Of a stretch of 64,000 nt of DNA, positions 27,596 through 39,400 are shown piece after piece. Position 1 is the stretch's first letter. Every line of letters begins with the position of its first letter. The stretch lies in NCBI GenBank assembly GCA_965224245.1, contig OZ245046.1, positions 2,304,001-2,368,000 of the forward strand, written 5' to 3'. This DNA is from Candidatus Eiseniibacteriota bacterium. GTDB taxonomy: Bacteria; Eisenbacteria; RBG-16-71-46; CAZAMP01. The translations under genes and the position numbers were made by a program. The notes under the pieces were generated by a model that ran no database searches, was not told the DNA's origin, and saw nothing but the letters and a program-made list of their open reading frames with translations.

Positions 27596-29740
27596 ATGCG
27601 ACACGAAACGGCTCTCACGTCCGCCGCGGCCGCCATGCTCGCCATTGCGGCGGTCTCCATCGCCGGGGAGACGTGCGTCGACCATGCCGACGCCCCGTTC
27701 GTACTGGGCGGCGTCGACACGCCGGGAGAAGCCCAGGCGGTCGCGATCGACGGCACCCTGGCCGTGGTCGCGGACGGCACGGGTGGGCTCCGCGTGCTCG
27801 ACGTGACCGATCTCGAGAACCCACTGGAGACCGGGGCCCTCGCCGCGACGCCGGTGGTCGACGTGGCGCTCGCCGGGGCGACGGCGATCGCGGTGACGGG
27901 CGCGTCGCTCGAAGCCGTCGACGTGTCGGACCCGTCGACCCCGACGGTGCTGGCCTCCCTCCCGATCGCCGACGGGGCGACGCGGGTGGTCATCGCGGGC
28001 ACCCACGCCTACACCATCGGCTCGACCGGGCTGCACGTCGTCGACGTGTCGACCCCCAGCGTGCCCTCGGTGGTCGGCTCGGTGGTCGTCGGTGCGCCCA
28101 ACGACGTCGACGTCGACGGCACGCACGCCTACGTCGTCACGGCCACGGGGATCACGGTCGTCGACGTCACGACGCCTGCCGTGCCCGCCGTCGTGGGGTC
28201 GTACGTCGATCCGGCCGGTGACGACTGGCGCCGCATCGCGGTCCGGGGCGATCACGCCTATGCGCTCGTGGCCTCGGGGTTCAGTGACGCCCTTCGCATC
28301 GTCGACATCCGTGATCCCGCGAACCCGGATCCCGGATCGGGTCCGTCCCTCGCCGACGGAACCCGGGACGTCACGTCGACCGAGACCCACGTGTACGTCA
28401 CCGCGGGAAGCCCGCGGCCAGGCGTGCACGTGCTCGTGCGCGGCGGCTCCCCGCATCTGACCCGGCTCTCGTTCGTCGACACACGCGACGAGGCCCGCGG
28501 CATCGCGATCACGACCGATCGTCTCGTCGTCGCGTGCGACGTCACCGGCGCCTGCACCGTCGACCCGTCCCGGCCGGGGCATGCCGCCTACCTCGACCTG
28601 GTCACGCACGACGTCGACATCCACGAGGACCTCGCCGCCGTCGCGTCCGGGAACAGCACCGTCACGCTTCTCGACGTGAGCGATCCCATCGCACCGGGGG
28701 TGCTGTCGACGATCGCGGTCGCCGGCACCCTGTTCCAGCTCGCGCACGATGGCGCGACCCTGTACGGGGTCGGAACCGGCGGACTCGACGTCATCGATAC
28801 ATCCGATCCCACCGCGCCGGTCCACGTGACGACGATCGACCCCGGCGAGCCGCTCCACGACGTCGCGCTCGTGGGCTCCCATCTCCTGGTCCACGACGGA
28901 GCGGACCTGCGCGTCTACGATCGGTCGATCCCCACCGCGCCGGTGCTGGCTCACTCGGTCGGCCTTCCCGGGACCGTGGAGCAGCTCCGGATCGTGGGTG
29001 ATCACGCCTACGTGTGTCACTCGAACGGGCTCACCCTCGTCGACGTCGCCGATCCCGCCGCGGCCGCGATTCTGAGCGAGCTGTCGATCGACTTCGGGGC
29101 GCTCGCGTCGGCGGTTCACGGCTCGATCGCCTACGTCACCGACTTCGGCTTCGATGCCCTGCACGCGGTCGACGTCAGCGATCCCACGAACCCGACGATT
29201 CTCTTCACCCAGGAGTTCGCCGTCCAGTACGGCCTCGCCATGGAGGTACGGTGGCCCTACCTCTACGTCGGCGGCTTCGACCCCGGCTTCTGGGTCTACG
29301 ACATCACCGATCCCGTCGCCCCGGCGCTCCTGGCCACGCAGAGGACGTACGCGCTGACCGAGGACTTCGAGATTCACGGTGACTACCTGTACCTGGGGAA
29401 CGGCACCGACCTTCGTGTCATGCCGCTCCAGTGCGATCCGCTGGTCGGGGTCGATCCCTCCGTCGTCGTCCCGGCGACGCCGCTCGCGCTGGAGCTACCT
29501 CGCCCGATGCCGGCGGCGGGTCCGATGAGCGTGGACCTGGTCGTCTCCGCGCCGGCCTGGGTCCGGGCGACGGTGCACGACGTCTCGGGGCGCCGGATCG
29601 ACGCGGTGTTCGAGGGACGACTCGACGCGGGTCGACACACGCTCCGGTGGGACACGCGCCGGCACGCGTCCGGGACGTACTACCTGACGGCATGTAGCGA
29701 GGCGACCGCGGTCACGCGCCGGGTCGTCGTCGTGCGATAG
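27596..29740 (+). CDS. LVIVD-repeat secreted protein with T9SS-like C-terminal domain
   Basis: AGGAGG RBS; many GLxVVDVSDPxxP repeats; HDVSGRR...SGTYYL...VVVVR. Confidence 0.85.
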   Translation: MRHETALTSAAAAMLAIAAVSIAGETCVDHADAPFVLGGVDTPGEAQAVAIDGTLAVVADGTGGLRVLDVTDLENPLETGALAATPVVDVALAGATAIAVTGASLEAVDVSDPSTPTVLASLPIADGATRVVIAGTHAYTIGSTGLHVVDVSTPSVPSVVGSVVVGAPNDVDVDGTHAYVVTATGITVVDVTTPAVPAVVGSYVDPAGDDWRRIAVRGDHAYALVASGFSDALRIVDIRDPANPDPGSGPSLADGTRDVTSTETHVYVTAGSPRPGVHVLVRGGSPHLTRLSFVDTRDEARGIAITTDRLVVACDVTGACTVDPSRPGHAAYLDLVTHDVDIHEDLAAVASGNSTVTLLDVSDPIAPGVLSTIAVAGTLFQLAHDGATLYGVGTGGLDVIDTSDPTAPVHVTTIDPGEPLHDVALVGSHLLVHDGADLRVYDRSIPTAPVLAHSVGLPGTVEQLRIVGDHAYVCHSNGLTLVDVADPAAAAILSELSIDFGALASAVHGSIAYVTDFGFDALHAVDVSDPTNPTILFTQEFAVQYGLAMEVRWPYLYVGGFDPGFWVYDITDPVAPALLATQRTYALTEDFEIHGDYLYLGNGTDLRVMPLQCDPLVGVDPSVVVPATPLALELPRPMPAAGPMSVDLVVSAPAWVRATVHDVSGRRIDAVFEGRLDAGRHTLRWDTRRHASGTYYLTACSEATAVTRRVVVVR

Positions 29741-29845
29741 AGACGAACGCGCCGACCGGGCAAGCCGTCACGGGCGCTGCACGTGATGGTACACGTCGCG
29801 AGGCCCTGCCACGGTTCGCCGCGTTCCGACTCAGGGAGGTGAGGC

Positions 29846-30817
29846 ATGCTCACGACGGAGAGGACGCTCGCGCTCGTGCTTCTCACGGCGTCCGTCACAT
29901 CTGGTGGCGCGCGCGCCGAACCGGCCGTCCTCGTGGTCCAGGAGCTCTCCCACGTCTCCGGGCAGGCCAGCGCATGGACTCACGAGAGCACGGACGAAGG
30001 CGTGGTGGAGCACTGCGTCTTCGACGACGCATGGAGCACGTCGGATCTACCGGTCGGATCGTGGCTCGACTGGAGCGCGACCTGCGACGACGCCCTGGCT
30101 CGGATCTCCATCTACAGCGGCGATCTGGACGGCCTCTACCAGATCGACGTCGCGGTTCGGGGAGCTCGCACACCCCCCGTCACGCAGGGTGCCGAGATCG
30201 ACGTCTCGTTTCGAAGTGCCTTTCGGGTCCTGGGTGCCGAGGCGTTCACGCCTCAGTTCCGGGTCCGCACCTGGGGCAGTCACGGTGGGACGCACGTCGT
30301 GGCCATGCTGTCGAACGATGCGGACGTCCTCGACACCTTCGACCATACGTCGCTGGCCGGGGAGACGTTCGTCGAGCTCGTGACCCTGAGCGGGGCCGTC
30401 ACCGCCGACGAGATCCTCTATCTCGACCTCGAGATCGCGTCTGAGTCCCCGGATGGCACGAACTTCGTGGACGTCGGCACGTTCACGTACGGCGCACCCG
30501 TGGTCGTCGACGTGCCCGCAGGAGCCGGGCAAACGCCTGGCCCGCCGGCGCTGCATCTCTGGCCGAACCCGATGCGATCCCGAGCGAGCGGGTTCATCGA
30601 CGTTGCCGCCGGCGGTCCCGCCCTCGTCTTCGTGTCCGATGTGGCCGGCCGGCGTGTTTCGACCCTGCTCGCGAGCAATCTCGCCCCCGGACGGCATCGG
30701 CTGAGCTGGAACGGAACCGACCACGATGGCGTTCCGGTTGCGCCCGGCGTCTACTTCGTGAGCGTCTCCCTCGGGTCGGCGGTGCCGGGCTCTCAGCGAA
30801 TCGTCGTCGCCCCCTGA
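29846..30817 (+). CDS. secreted protein with FlgD-Ig/T9SS-like C-terminal domain
   Basis: GAGGTGAGG RBS and signal peptide; WPNPM...DVAGRRV...WNGTD...PGVYFV. Confidence 0.7.
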   Translation: MLTTERTLALVLLTASVTSGGARAEPAVLVVQELSHVSGQASAWTHESTDEGVVEHCVFDDAWSTSDLPVGSWLDWSATCDDALARISIYSGDLDGLYQIDVAVRGARTPPVTQGAEIDVSFRSAFRVLGAEAFTPQFRVRTWGSHGGTHVVAMLSNDADVLDTFDHTSLAGETFVELVTLSGAVTADEILYLDLEIASESPDGTNFVDVGTFTYGAPVVVDVPAGAGQTPGPPALHLWPNPMRSRASGFIDVAAGGPALVFVSDVAGRRVSTLLASNLAPGRHRLSWNGTDHDGVPVAPGVYFVSVSLGSAVPGSQRIVVAP

Positions 30818-31062
30818 GCACGGGTTCGCGGCTTCCCCGATCGTGCCGCATCACGGGCAACCGATCACGCGTCGTGGCGAGACGTCTGGTCCCCGAAGGA
30901 CAACGCTCCGCCCGTGAGAGGCCGGGCTCCGTCACACCCGCATGCAACGTTTCCGGCGCCGAACGTCACTCATTCGAAGAACAGCTGTCGGGCCCATGCC
31001 ACACCCGACCCATTCCGCTCGTAGCGGACCGATCCGCCACTTCTCCAGACCGGAGCCACGAG

Positions 31063-32313
31063 ATGACGGTTCTCGCCTCGCATCGCCATCACACGACCAT
31101 GGCCGTCGTGACCGTCCTCGGCCTGATCGCCGGGACCACCAACGCGGCGATCGCCGACGTGCGCGTTCACGCGCCCGACATCGCCACCGAGCGACCCGCC
31201 GACGCAATCGCGGCGTTCGACGAGGGAATGGCGCTTCTCGGGGCGTCCGAGTGGGAGCAGGCGGGACACGTGTTCACCTCGCTCGTCGAGGAGCACCCGG
31301 ACTACGCGATGGCCTGGTACCAGCTCGGCTATTGCCACCTGATGGGGGGCCAGCACGCCGGCGCCGCGGCGGCGTGGGAGCGGTCGGCGGAGCTGGGATG
31401 GCTCCCCGCGGAGAGCCGGTACAACCTCGCCTGCGCGCTCGCCCTCGCGGGACGGTCCGAGCGCGCGCTCGACGCCCTCGAGGCATCGGTGGAGCTCGGC
31501 TACGTGGACGTCGAGGCCATGGCGAAGGACGCGGACCTCGCGTCGCTCCGGGAGCTCGCGCGGTTCCAGGCGCTCGTGGGGCGCGAGCCGCGCTTCGTCG
31601 TCGTCGGCGGTGAGCCCATCACGTTCGAGTCGGCGGCGGAGGGGCGAACGGTCCACGGCGTTCTGTACCCGGCGCCCGCGTCTCCCCGGGAGTCGGCGAC
31701 CTTCCTCCTGTTCCATCAGGCCGGATCGAACTACGCCGAGTACGCCCCGATCGCCCCGCGCCTGGTCGAGATGGGCTTCAACGTGCTCGCGATCGACGCG
31801 CTCGGCGGTGGGGCGAGCTGGGGGCGCCTGAACGAGACCGTGAAGGCCCACGGAGCGCGGGGCACCGGCGCCGACGCGATCGAGGACTTTCGGGGCGCGC
31901 TGTCCTTCCTCGATCGGGAGGGGTACCGCGGGCCGCGCGTCCTCTGGGGCTCGAGCTACAGCGTCGGACGCGTCCTGGCCCTGTTGTCGGAGCCACGCGA
32001 GGACGTCGTGGCCGGCGTGGCCTTCTCCGGGGGACGGGCCCTCGCCCGGGAGCTCGAGGACGGATCGGCGCTGGCCACGCGCATCCGGGTGCCCGTCTTC
32101 TTCTCGCTGCCCGTGTGGGAGTACGACCTCGCCTGGAAGGCGCGCTTCGACTCGGTGGCCAGCGAGGACAAGTGGCTCTACGTCCCGACCGAGGGTGGGG
32201 CGCACGGCTCGTCCATGCTCCGTCCCGATCGCAATCCGATCGGACACGAGGCGGCGTGGGCGGAGCTGACGGCGTTCATCGACGCGTTCGTCCCCGCGCG
32301 GCAGGGCTCGTAG
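31063..32313 (+). CDS. TPR plus alpha/beta-hydrolase fusion, secreted
   Basis: YNLACALAL TPR; FHQAGS..EY, WGSSYS nucleophile elbow, AHGSS. Confidence 0.75.
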   Translation: MTVLASHRHHTTMAVVTVLGLIAGTTNAAIADVRVHAPDIATERPADAIAAFDEGMALLGASEWEQAGHVFTSLVEEHPDYAMAWYQLGYCHLMGGQHAGAAAAWERSAELGWLPAESRYNLACALALAGRSERALDALEASVELGYVDVEAMAKDADLASLRELARFQALVGREPRFVVVGGEPITFESAAEGRTVHGVLYPAPASPRESATFLLFHQAGSNYAEYAPIAPRLVEMGFNVLAIDALGGGASWGRLNETVKAHGARGTGADAIEDFRGALSFLDREGYRGPRVLWGSSYSVGRVLALLSEPREDVVAGVAFSGGRALARELEDGSALATRIRVPVFFSLPVWEYDLAWKARFDSVASEDKWLYVPTEGGAHGSSMLRPDRNPIGHEAAWAELTAFIDAFVPARQGS

Positions 32314-32350
32314 AACGCCGTCCTCGCGCGGCGACTCACCGGCCGCGCGA

Positions 32351-33051
32351 CTACCGGTACACGGTCCGCAGCCGTGACCAGCCCAGCCTCCGGACCGGGG
32401 TCTCGTCGACGCACTCGGGATCCACCCGGAGGATCATCGTCGTTCCGCATGCCGGGCAGTCGATGATCTCCGGGAGTCGAACCCAGTCGGGATGGCCGAG
32501 GCCTCGCTCCGGAACACCGCGGGCTGGCTCGCGTCGGGAACGGCGCCGATGCCCCACTGGAATCCGCGGAGGTCGGGGGTCACCGACACCCAGTACGGTC
32601 TCTCGGCGTGGAAGGTCAGCGGCTCGGGAAGCCGGAGCCCCGCGCACTGCCCGAATGCGGCACTGTCCCCGTCCGGGACGCGCCAGCGCCAGATCTCGGT
32701 GCCCGGCACACCGTCCGCGTCGGCGTAGAAACGGACCGTCCACCAGTAGATCGGGTGGCCGAACGCGGTCCCGATCTCCCAGGCGACCCAGCCGAGCTCC
32801 AGGATCGGGCAGGTGCCCGGCACGAACCGCGTGGCCGCCTCGGCGGAGACCGGATCCCCGTCGTGAGAGGCCACGGCCAGGAGCTCGTCCGGCCAGCCGG
32901 GAGCGGGGCAATCGTCGTACTCGCCCCCGTACCAGCCCGGATTGTCGGGCCGCATCTCGAACGGGCCATCGACGATGACCTGGCTCCGGGACGACGTGGC
33001 CCCGGCGGCGATCAGCACGAGAAGCGTCACCATGCAGCACGAGAGCTTCAT
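32351..33051 (-). pseudogene. secreted protein with an apparent 1-nt frameshift near 32502 (pseudogene or sequencing error)
   Basis: GGAGG RBS and signal peptide MKLSCC. The frame runs to AVFRSE, then a different frame continues LGHPDWV...TPVRRLGWSRLRTVYR-stop at 32351. Confidence 0.6.
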
Positions 33052-33081
33052 CGATCCTCCGATCGGCAGCACGGAAGCACG

Positions 33082-36000
33082 CTAGCGCAGAATCACGAGC
33101 TTCGCCGCTCCCCGGAAGCCGCGCGCCGTGACGAGTCGTGCCCAGTAGATCCCCGACCCGACGGCCGCACCGCCGTCGTCGCGACCGTCCCAGACGATCA
33201 CGTGACGGGCGGCCGTCCGTGCCTCGTCGGCGAGCGTTCGCACGTGGCGACCCGTGACGTCGAACACCTCCAGCCGGACGTGCGTGTCGTGGGCGAGATC
33301 GAAGCGGATCGTCGTCCGCGGGTTGAAGGGGTTCGGTGAGGAACCGTGGAGCACGGTGCGCCTCGGGGCCGATGCCGCGGCCTCGTCCGCCGCCACCACG
33401 ATGTCCTCGGGGTTCCAGAGCGCATCGCTCCCCGCCGGGACGTTCATCCACGTGAAGACGTCCTCGACGCGGCGCGTGATCGCGGCGCGATCGGAGCCGC
33501 AGTCAGTGCCAGTCCACCCGTCCGGCGTGGACCGGAGGTGATGGAGCGAGAACGCGTCCAGGAGCACCGTGTAGTTCACCGGATACCCCGGTGCAAGGCG
33601 CTCGTTCGAGACCGAAGCCACGAGGGTGGCCTGGTCGTCGTCCTGATCCACGTACAGGAGGTTCTCCGCACCGTCCCCGGCCGGCTCGATGACGTCGAGA
33701 CGGATCAGACTCGAGCATCCGTTGCCCCGGACCGACGCGTAGGAATCCGCCGACATCGGGAAGTGGGCGCCCGCGCCCCGGTCCAGGCGAACACACAGGC
33801 TGTGGTCACCGGTCGCGCTGTAGTAGTACCGCGTGGTGGCGAGGTCGGCCATCGCGTAGTCGGCGAGAAGCGCGTTCGCCGCGGGTCGATCGGCGTCCGC
33901 GAGGGTCCGGGGCAGCCGGTCACCCGACAGCCAGAGACCGCGTGTGACGGACCAGCGATCGAAGGCGTCCGTGTCCAGCCACTCACGCAGCAGCTCGGCA
34001 TCGTCGTCCCGGAGCGCCTCGGCCAGCGTGCCCGTGTTGTAGATGAGCGTCCGGTACATCATCGACTGGTAGCGCGTCATCCCGTTCTCGCCGCCGGATT
34101 GCCGGGCGAGGGGGACGCCCGACTCTGCGGTCGCGCGCTGGTAGTCGTAGCGATCCCACCGGTCGTGTGCGCCACCACCGTCGTCGATGGCGGTCCCGAG
34201 ATGGGGCCGGAGGCCGTCGTCCTCGATGACCCGCTGCGCGCCCGTATCGAAGGCATCGACGTACAGGACCATCGGCGCCAGCACCTCTCCCCCGAACGTG
34301 CCGTAGCCGGGGAGCGCCTCCATCTCGAGGAAGAAGCCGCCGGTGGTGTCGGGCGCGAACGACTCCTCGATCGCCCCGGGACGGCGGCCGGTGAAGAAGT
34401 ACTCGACCGTGGTGCCCGGTGTGAAGAGCCCGTCCGGAAGCACCTTCGACGTCGCACGGCTCTCCTCCCCGTCCGGCCAGTAGTACGTCGCGTAGCGATC
34501 GGGCTCGACGCCGATCGCGGTCTCTGCCGTGTCGAGCCGGGCCTTGGCCCAGCCCGGGAAGAGCGGATCGGACCCGGGCTGGTTCCGGGGATCGGTGAAG
34601 AACGGATGCCCGAGGTCAAGCGCGGGGCCCGGTCGCACGCGGAAGTTCAGGTACGCCTCGATCCCCTCGGGGCCGATGACGACCGCGGAGTCTCCGAGGA
34701 GGGCAACGGGGTAGAAGGGGTTTCGAGTGGTGATGGGCACGTTCACGTCGATCGGGGACGAGGGGTGGAGGGAGCTCACACGCGGGTACGCGTCCTGGAA
34801 CGCGAGCTCGACCGACAGCGGCGGGTCGGGCGAGTCGAAGAAGCCGAGTCGCACATCGTCCCAGTAGGGTGACTGGTTCGTCTGCTCGGGTCCCGTGCAG
34901 TAGGCGGTGCCAAAGTCGTCGCACTCCCCGAGGAGCACAAAGACGGCCCGGATCGAGTCGACCTCGGCCGGAACGAACTCGCTGTTGTCCACTTGGAGCG
35001 TCGTGCAGCGCGCCCCGCCGAGTCCCGAGAAGACGTACCCTCCCTCACCCGCCGGCTGGAGCGTCCAGCCCACGACCCCGGTCATGGGGCAGGTCCACGG
35101 GTAGTAGTCCATCGTGACGCGGTACCCGACGCCGTTCGACGTGGGCGTGTCCTCCCAGACGCCCCACCGGAAGAGCTTCCGCAGTCCGTGGACGCCACTG
35201 CCCGAGCCGACGTAGGCCACGTTGGAGCCGATCTCTTCTCGTTGCCCGTCCGGATGCGGCCAGTTCGACCCATCTGTGACCGCGGCGAGCATGACGTGTC
35301 CGTCCACCGGACACACACACGTCTCCTCGAAGGATTCGAGATCCTCGAGCGGGGCGACGAGTAGATACGAGCCGATCGGGTCGTCGGCCTCGGCCACCCA
35401 GCCGTCGGTGGGGGTTCCGTCGGGCTCGAAGGTGGCCAGATCCTCGAAGCCGGTGCCGCTGACGTGCACGTCGTCCACCCCGAAGGGTCCGAACCGGGAG
35501 TTGAGATAGCCGCTGAACGAATCGAGCCCGTCGGAGTAGAGCGGATCGGACGCGAAGCAGAAGACAACGTCGAACGCTCCCCCCACGTCCGGGAGATCGC
35601 CCGCCTGGATCTCGATCACGTCGTGCGCGGGCGCGTCCGGGGTTCCGATCGCCGTGCCCTCCTCGTGGGCCCCCGAGTAGCCCCACCCCTCCGGCGTGGC
35701 CCATGCGGACGAGTTGAGAGGGTTCGACCAGACGCCGTCGACCCGGGTGTAGACGTACGTGTAGTCGAACTGGGTCTCGCTGTCGGCGAAGTAGTCGAAG
35801 TCGAGGGCGACCGTGCCGCCGCCGTACGTGAACGTCTTCGACAGATACTGATCCCAGTTGTTCGTGTAGCCCGCGCCGCCGGGCCAGCAGAGCGCACGCG
35901 CCTCGTCCTCGTGCGCGCCCACCCACATCGATCCCGTCGACCCGCCCTCGGTGATCACCGGGCACGGCGTCGTGATGTGAGCCGCACAGGAGTCCGCGGT

Positions 36001-36381
36001 GACGTGACGGAACCAGATCCCCTCGTCGGTGAGATCGATGGACGACCATCCCTGCAGCGTGCCGTCCTCGAAGTCCCAAACCCCGCCCTCCACGGCGAGG
36101 CCGGTGACGGGGTCCTGCCCGCCGTACCAGGTGGTCTCCACGAGCGCCGCGCTCGCGCGGGCGTGTGCGAGGGCCGCCTTCGGGGGATCGAAGCGCTCGT
36201 CGGCCGTACCAGGCGACGAGACGTCGAGACGCTCGCGGACCGGGGACGTCGCGACGGCGCCGCTCGCGATCACGAGAGACCCGAGGAGGATGGCGATCGA
36301 TCGACGCCCGACCGAGTGACATCCGATCAGATCACGGCAGGCGACGAGCAACCCCGTGGCGCTTTGACGTTTCGGGCGCAC
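33082..36381 (-). CDS. large secreted protein with FlgD-Ig/T9SS-like C-terminus (paralogue A)
   Basis: GGAGGT RBS and GTG 36381; WDFE, DSETQFDYTY; PNPFNPRT...WDGRDD...SGIYW...KLVILR. Confidence 0.8.
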   Translation of the reverse strand: MRPKRQSATGLLVACRDLIGCHSVGRRSIAILLGSLVIASGAVATSPVRERLDVSSPGTADERFDPPKAALAHARASAALVETTWYGGQDPVTGLAVEGGVWDFEDGTLQGWSSIDLTDEGIWFRHVTADSCAAHITTPCPVITEGGSTGSMWVGAHEDEARALCWPGGAGYTNNWDQYLSKTFTYGGGTVALDFDYFADSETQFDYTYVYTRVDGVWSNPLNSSAWATPEGWGYSGAHEEGTAIGTPDAPAHDVIEIQAGDLPDVGGAFDVVFCFASDPLYSDGLDSFSGYLNSRFGPFGVDDVHVSGTGFEDLATFEPDGTPTDGWVAEADDPIGSYLLVAPLEDLESFEETCVCPVDGHVMLAAVTDGSNWPHPDGQREEIGSNVAYVGSGSGVHGLRKLFRWGVWEDTPTSNGVGYRVTMDYYPWTCPMTGVVGWTLQPAGEGGYVFSGLGGARCTTLQVDNSEFVPAEVDSIRAVFVLLGECDDFGTAYCTGPEQTNQSPYWDDVRLGFFDSPDPPLSVELAFQDAYPRVSSLHPSSPIDVNVPITTRNPFYPVALLGDSAVVIGPEGIEAYLNFRVRPGPALDLGHPFFTDPRNQPGSDPLFPGWAKARLDTAETAIGVEPDRYATYYWPDGEESRATSKVLPDGLFTPGTTVEYFFTGRRPGAIEESFAPDTTGGFFLEMEALPGYGTFGGEVLAPMVLYVDAFDTGAQRVIEDDGLRPHLGTAIDDGGGAHDRWDRYDYQRATAESGVPLARQSGGENGMTRYQSMMYRTLIYNTGTLAEALRDDDAELLREWLDTDAFDRWSVTRGLWLSGDRLPRTLADADRPAANALLADYAMADLATTRYYYSATGDHSLCVRLDRGAGAHFPMSADSYASVRGNGCSSLIRLDVIEPAGDGAENLLYVDQDDDQATLVASVSNERLAPGYPVNYTVLLDAFSLHHLRSTPDGWTGTDCGSDRAAITRRVEDVFTWMNVPAGSDALWNPEDIVVAADEAAASAPRRTVLHGSSPNPFNPRTTIRFDLAHDTHVRLEVFDVTGRHVRTLADEARTAARHVIVWDGRDDGGAAVGSGIYWARLVTARGFRGAAKLVILR

Positions 36382-36478
36382 GAAGTACCTCCACGGGTTC
36401 GGAGGGCGCTTGCAGTCTCGCAAACGCGCCCTGGTTGCATCCCGAGCTCGCGGCGTGATCGCGTCGCCGACGGACACG

Positions 36479-39400
36479 CTAGCGGAGCATCACGAGCTTC
36501 GTCGCTCCCCGGAAGCCGCGCGCCGTGACGAGTCGTGCCCAGTAGATCCCCGACCCGACGGCCGCACCGCCGTCGTCGCGACCGTCCCAGACGACGACGT
36601 GACGGTCGGCGGCCCGCATCTCGTCGATTAACGTGCGCACGTGGCGACCCGTGACGTCGAACACCTCCAGCCGGATGTGCGTGTCGTGGGCGAGATCGAA
36701 GCGGATCGTGGTCTGTGGGTTGAACGGGTTCGGTGACGACCCCTGGAGCACGGTGCGGCGTGGAGTCGATGCGGGCGCCTCGTTCGCCGCGACGACGATG
36801 TCCTCCGGGTTCCACAGCGCGCCGCTCCCCGTCGGGACGTTCATCCACGTGAAGACGTCCTCGACCCGTCGCGTAACCGCGGCACGATCCTCGCCGCAGA
36901 CGGTGCCCGTCCACCCGTCCGGCGTGGACCGGAGGTGATGGAGCGAGAACGCGTCCAGGAGCACCGTGTAGTTCACCGGATACCCGGGTGCAAGGCGCTC
37001 GTTCGAGACCGAGGCCACGAGGGTGGCCAGGTCGTCGTCCTGGTCGACGTACAGGAGGTTCTCCGCACCGTCGCCGATCGCCCGGAGCACGTCGAGGTCG
37101 ATCCGTCGCCGGCATCCATTGCCCCAGACCGACGCGTACGAGTCCGCCGTCATCGGGAAGTGCGCGCCCGGGCCCCGGTCCAGGCGGACGCACAGGCTGC
37201 GGTCACCGTTCGCGAAGTAGAACCCGGAGGCCAGCTCGGCCATCGCGTAGTCGGCCAGAAGCGCGTTGGCCGCGGGCCGGTCGCCGGCCGCGAGATGGGC
37301 CGCCATGTCGTCGCCCGAGAGCCAGAGCCCCCGCGCGACGGACCACCGATCGAACGCGTCGGTATCCAGCCAGTGCGTCAGGAGCGCGGCGTCCTCGTCC
37401 TGGATCACCCCGGCGCGGCCCGAGTTGTAGAGCACCGTGCGGTACATCAGCGACTGGTATCGCGTCATCCCGTTCTCGCCCCCGACCTGGCGCGCGAGGG
37501 CGACGTCGGCGCCGGGGTCGGGGCGCTGGTAGTCGTAGCGGTCCCACCGGTCGTGTGCGAGCCCCTCGTCGTCGATGGAGGTCCCGAGATGGGGCCGTAG
37601 ACCGTCGCCCTCGATGACCCGCTGCGCGCCGGTATCGAAGGCGTCGACGTACAGGACCATCGGCGCCAGCACCTCGCCCCCGAACGTGCCGTAGCCGGGG
37701 AGCGCCTCCATCTCGAGGAAGAAGCCGCCGGTGGTGTCGGGCGCGAAGGACTCCTCGATCGCCCCGGGGGCGCGGCCGGTGAAGAAGTACTCGACCGTGG
37801 TGCCGGGCGTGAAGAGCCCGTCGGGGATCACCTTCGACGTCGCGCGGCTTTCCTGTCCGTCGGGCCAGTAGTACGTCGCGAAGCGATCCGGGTCGACGCC
37901 GGTCGCGGTCTCGGCGGTGTCGAGCCGCGCCTTGGCCCACCCGGGGAAGAGCGGGTCGGAGCCGGGCTCGTTCCGGGGGTCGGTGAAGAACGGATGCCCG
38001 AGGTCCAGCGCGGGGCCGGGACGCACGCGGAAGTTCAGGTACGCCTCGATCCCCTCCTCGCCGATCACGACGGCGGAGTCGCCGAGGAGCGCCATCGGCT
38101 CGAGGGGGTCTCGGAGGTTGATGGGCACGTTCACGTCGATCGGGGACGCCGGGTGCAGCGAGTTCACCCGCGGGTAGGCGTCCTGAAACGCGAGCGCGAT
38201 CGACAGGGGCGACTCGGGCAGATCGAAGAAGCCGAGTCGCACGTTGTCCCAGTACGGCGAGTGATTGGTCTGCTCAGGTCCCGTGCAGTAGGCGGTACCA
38301 AAGTCGTCACACTCACTGAGGAGCACGAAGACGGCCCGGATGGAATCGACCTCCGCCGGAACGAACTCGCTGTTGTCCACTTGCAGCGTCGTGCAGTGCG
38401 CCCCGCCGAGCCCCGAGAAGATGTAGCTTCCCTCCCCCGCCGGCTGGAGCGTCCAGCCCACGACCCCGGTCGTCGGGCAGGTCCAAGGGTAGTAGTCCAT
38501 CGTGACGCGGTACCCCACGCCGTTCGACGTGGGCGTATCCTCCCAGACGTCCCACCGGAAGAGCTTCCGCAGTCCGTGTACGCCGCTGCCCGGCCCGACG
38601 TACACCGGGTTGGAGCCGATCTCCTCGCGCTGCTCGTCGGGATGCGGCCAGTTCGACCCATCGGTGACCGCGGCGAGCATGACGTGACCCTCCACCGGAC
38701 ACGCACACGTCTCCTCGATCGGCTGGAGATCCTCGAGGGGAGAGACGAAGAGATACGCGCCGATCGGGTCGGCGGCCTCGGCCACCCAGCCGTCGGTGGG
38801 GGTTTCGTCGGGCTCGAAGGTGGCGAGATCGTCGAGACCGGTGCCGGCGACGTGCACATCGTCCACGCCGAAGGGTCCGTAGCGGGAGTTCAGATAGCCC
38901 GAGAAGCTGTCCAGGCCGTCGGAGACGAGCGGATCGGACGCGAAGCAAAAAACGACGTCGAACTCTCCGCCCACGTCCGGCAGATCGCCCACCTGGATCT
39001 CGATCTCGTCGTGCGCGGGCGCGTCCGGGGATCCGATCGCCGTGCCCTCCTGGTGGTTGCCGGAGTAGCCCCACCCCTCCGGCGATTCCCACGCGGACGA
39101 GTTCAGCGGCAACGACCAGACGCCGTCGACCCGGGTGTAGACGTACGTGTAGTCGAACTGCGTCTCGCTGTCGGTGAAGTAGTCGAAGTCGAGGGTGACC
39201 GTGCCGCCTCCGTACGTGAACGTCTTCGTCAAGTACTGATCCCAGTTGTTCGTATAGCCCGCGCCACCGGGCCAGCACAGCGCACGGGCCTCGTCCTCGT
39301 GAGCACCCACCCACATCGATCCCGTCGAGCCGCCCTCGGTGATCACGGGGCACGGCGTCGTGAGGTGAGCCGCGCAGGAGTCGGCGGTGACGTGACGGAA

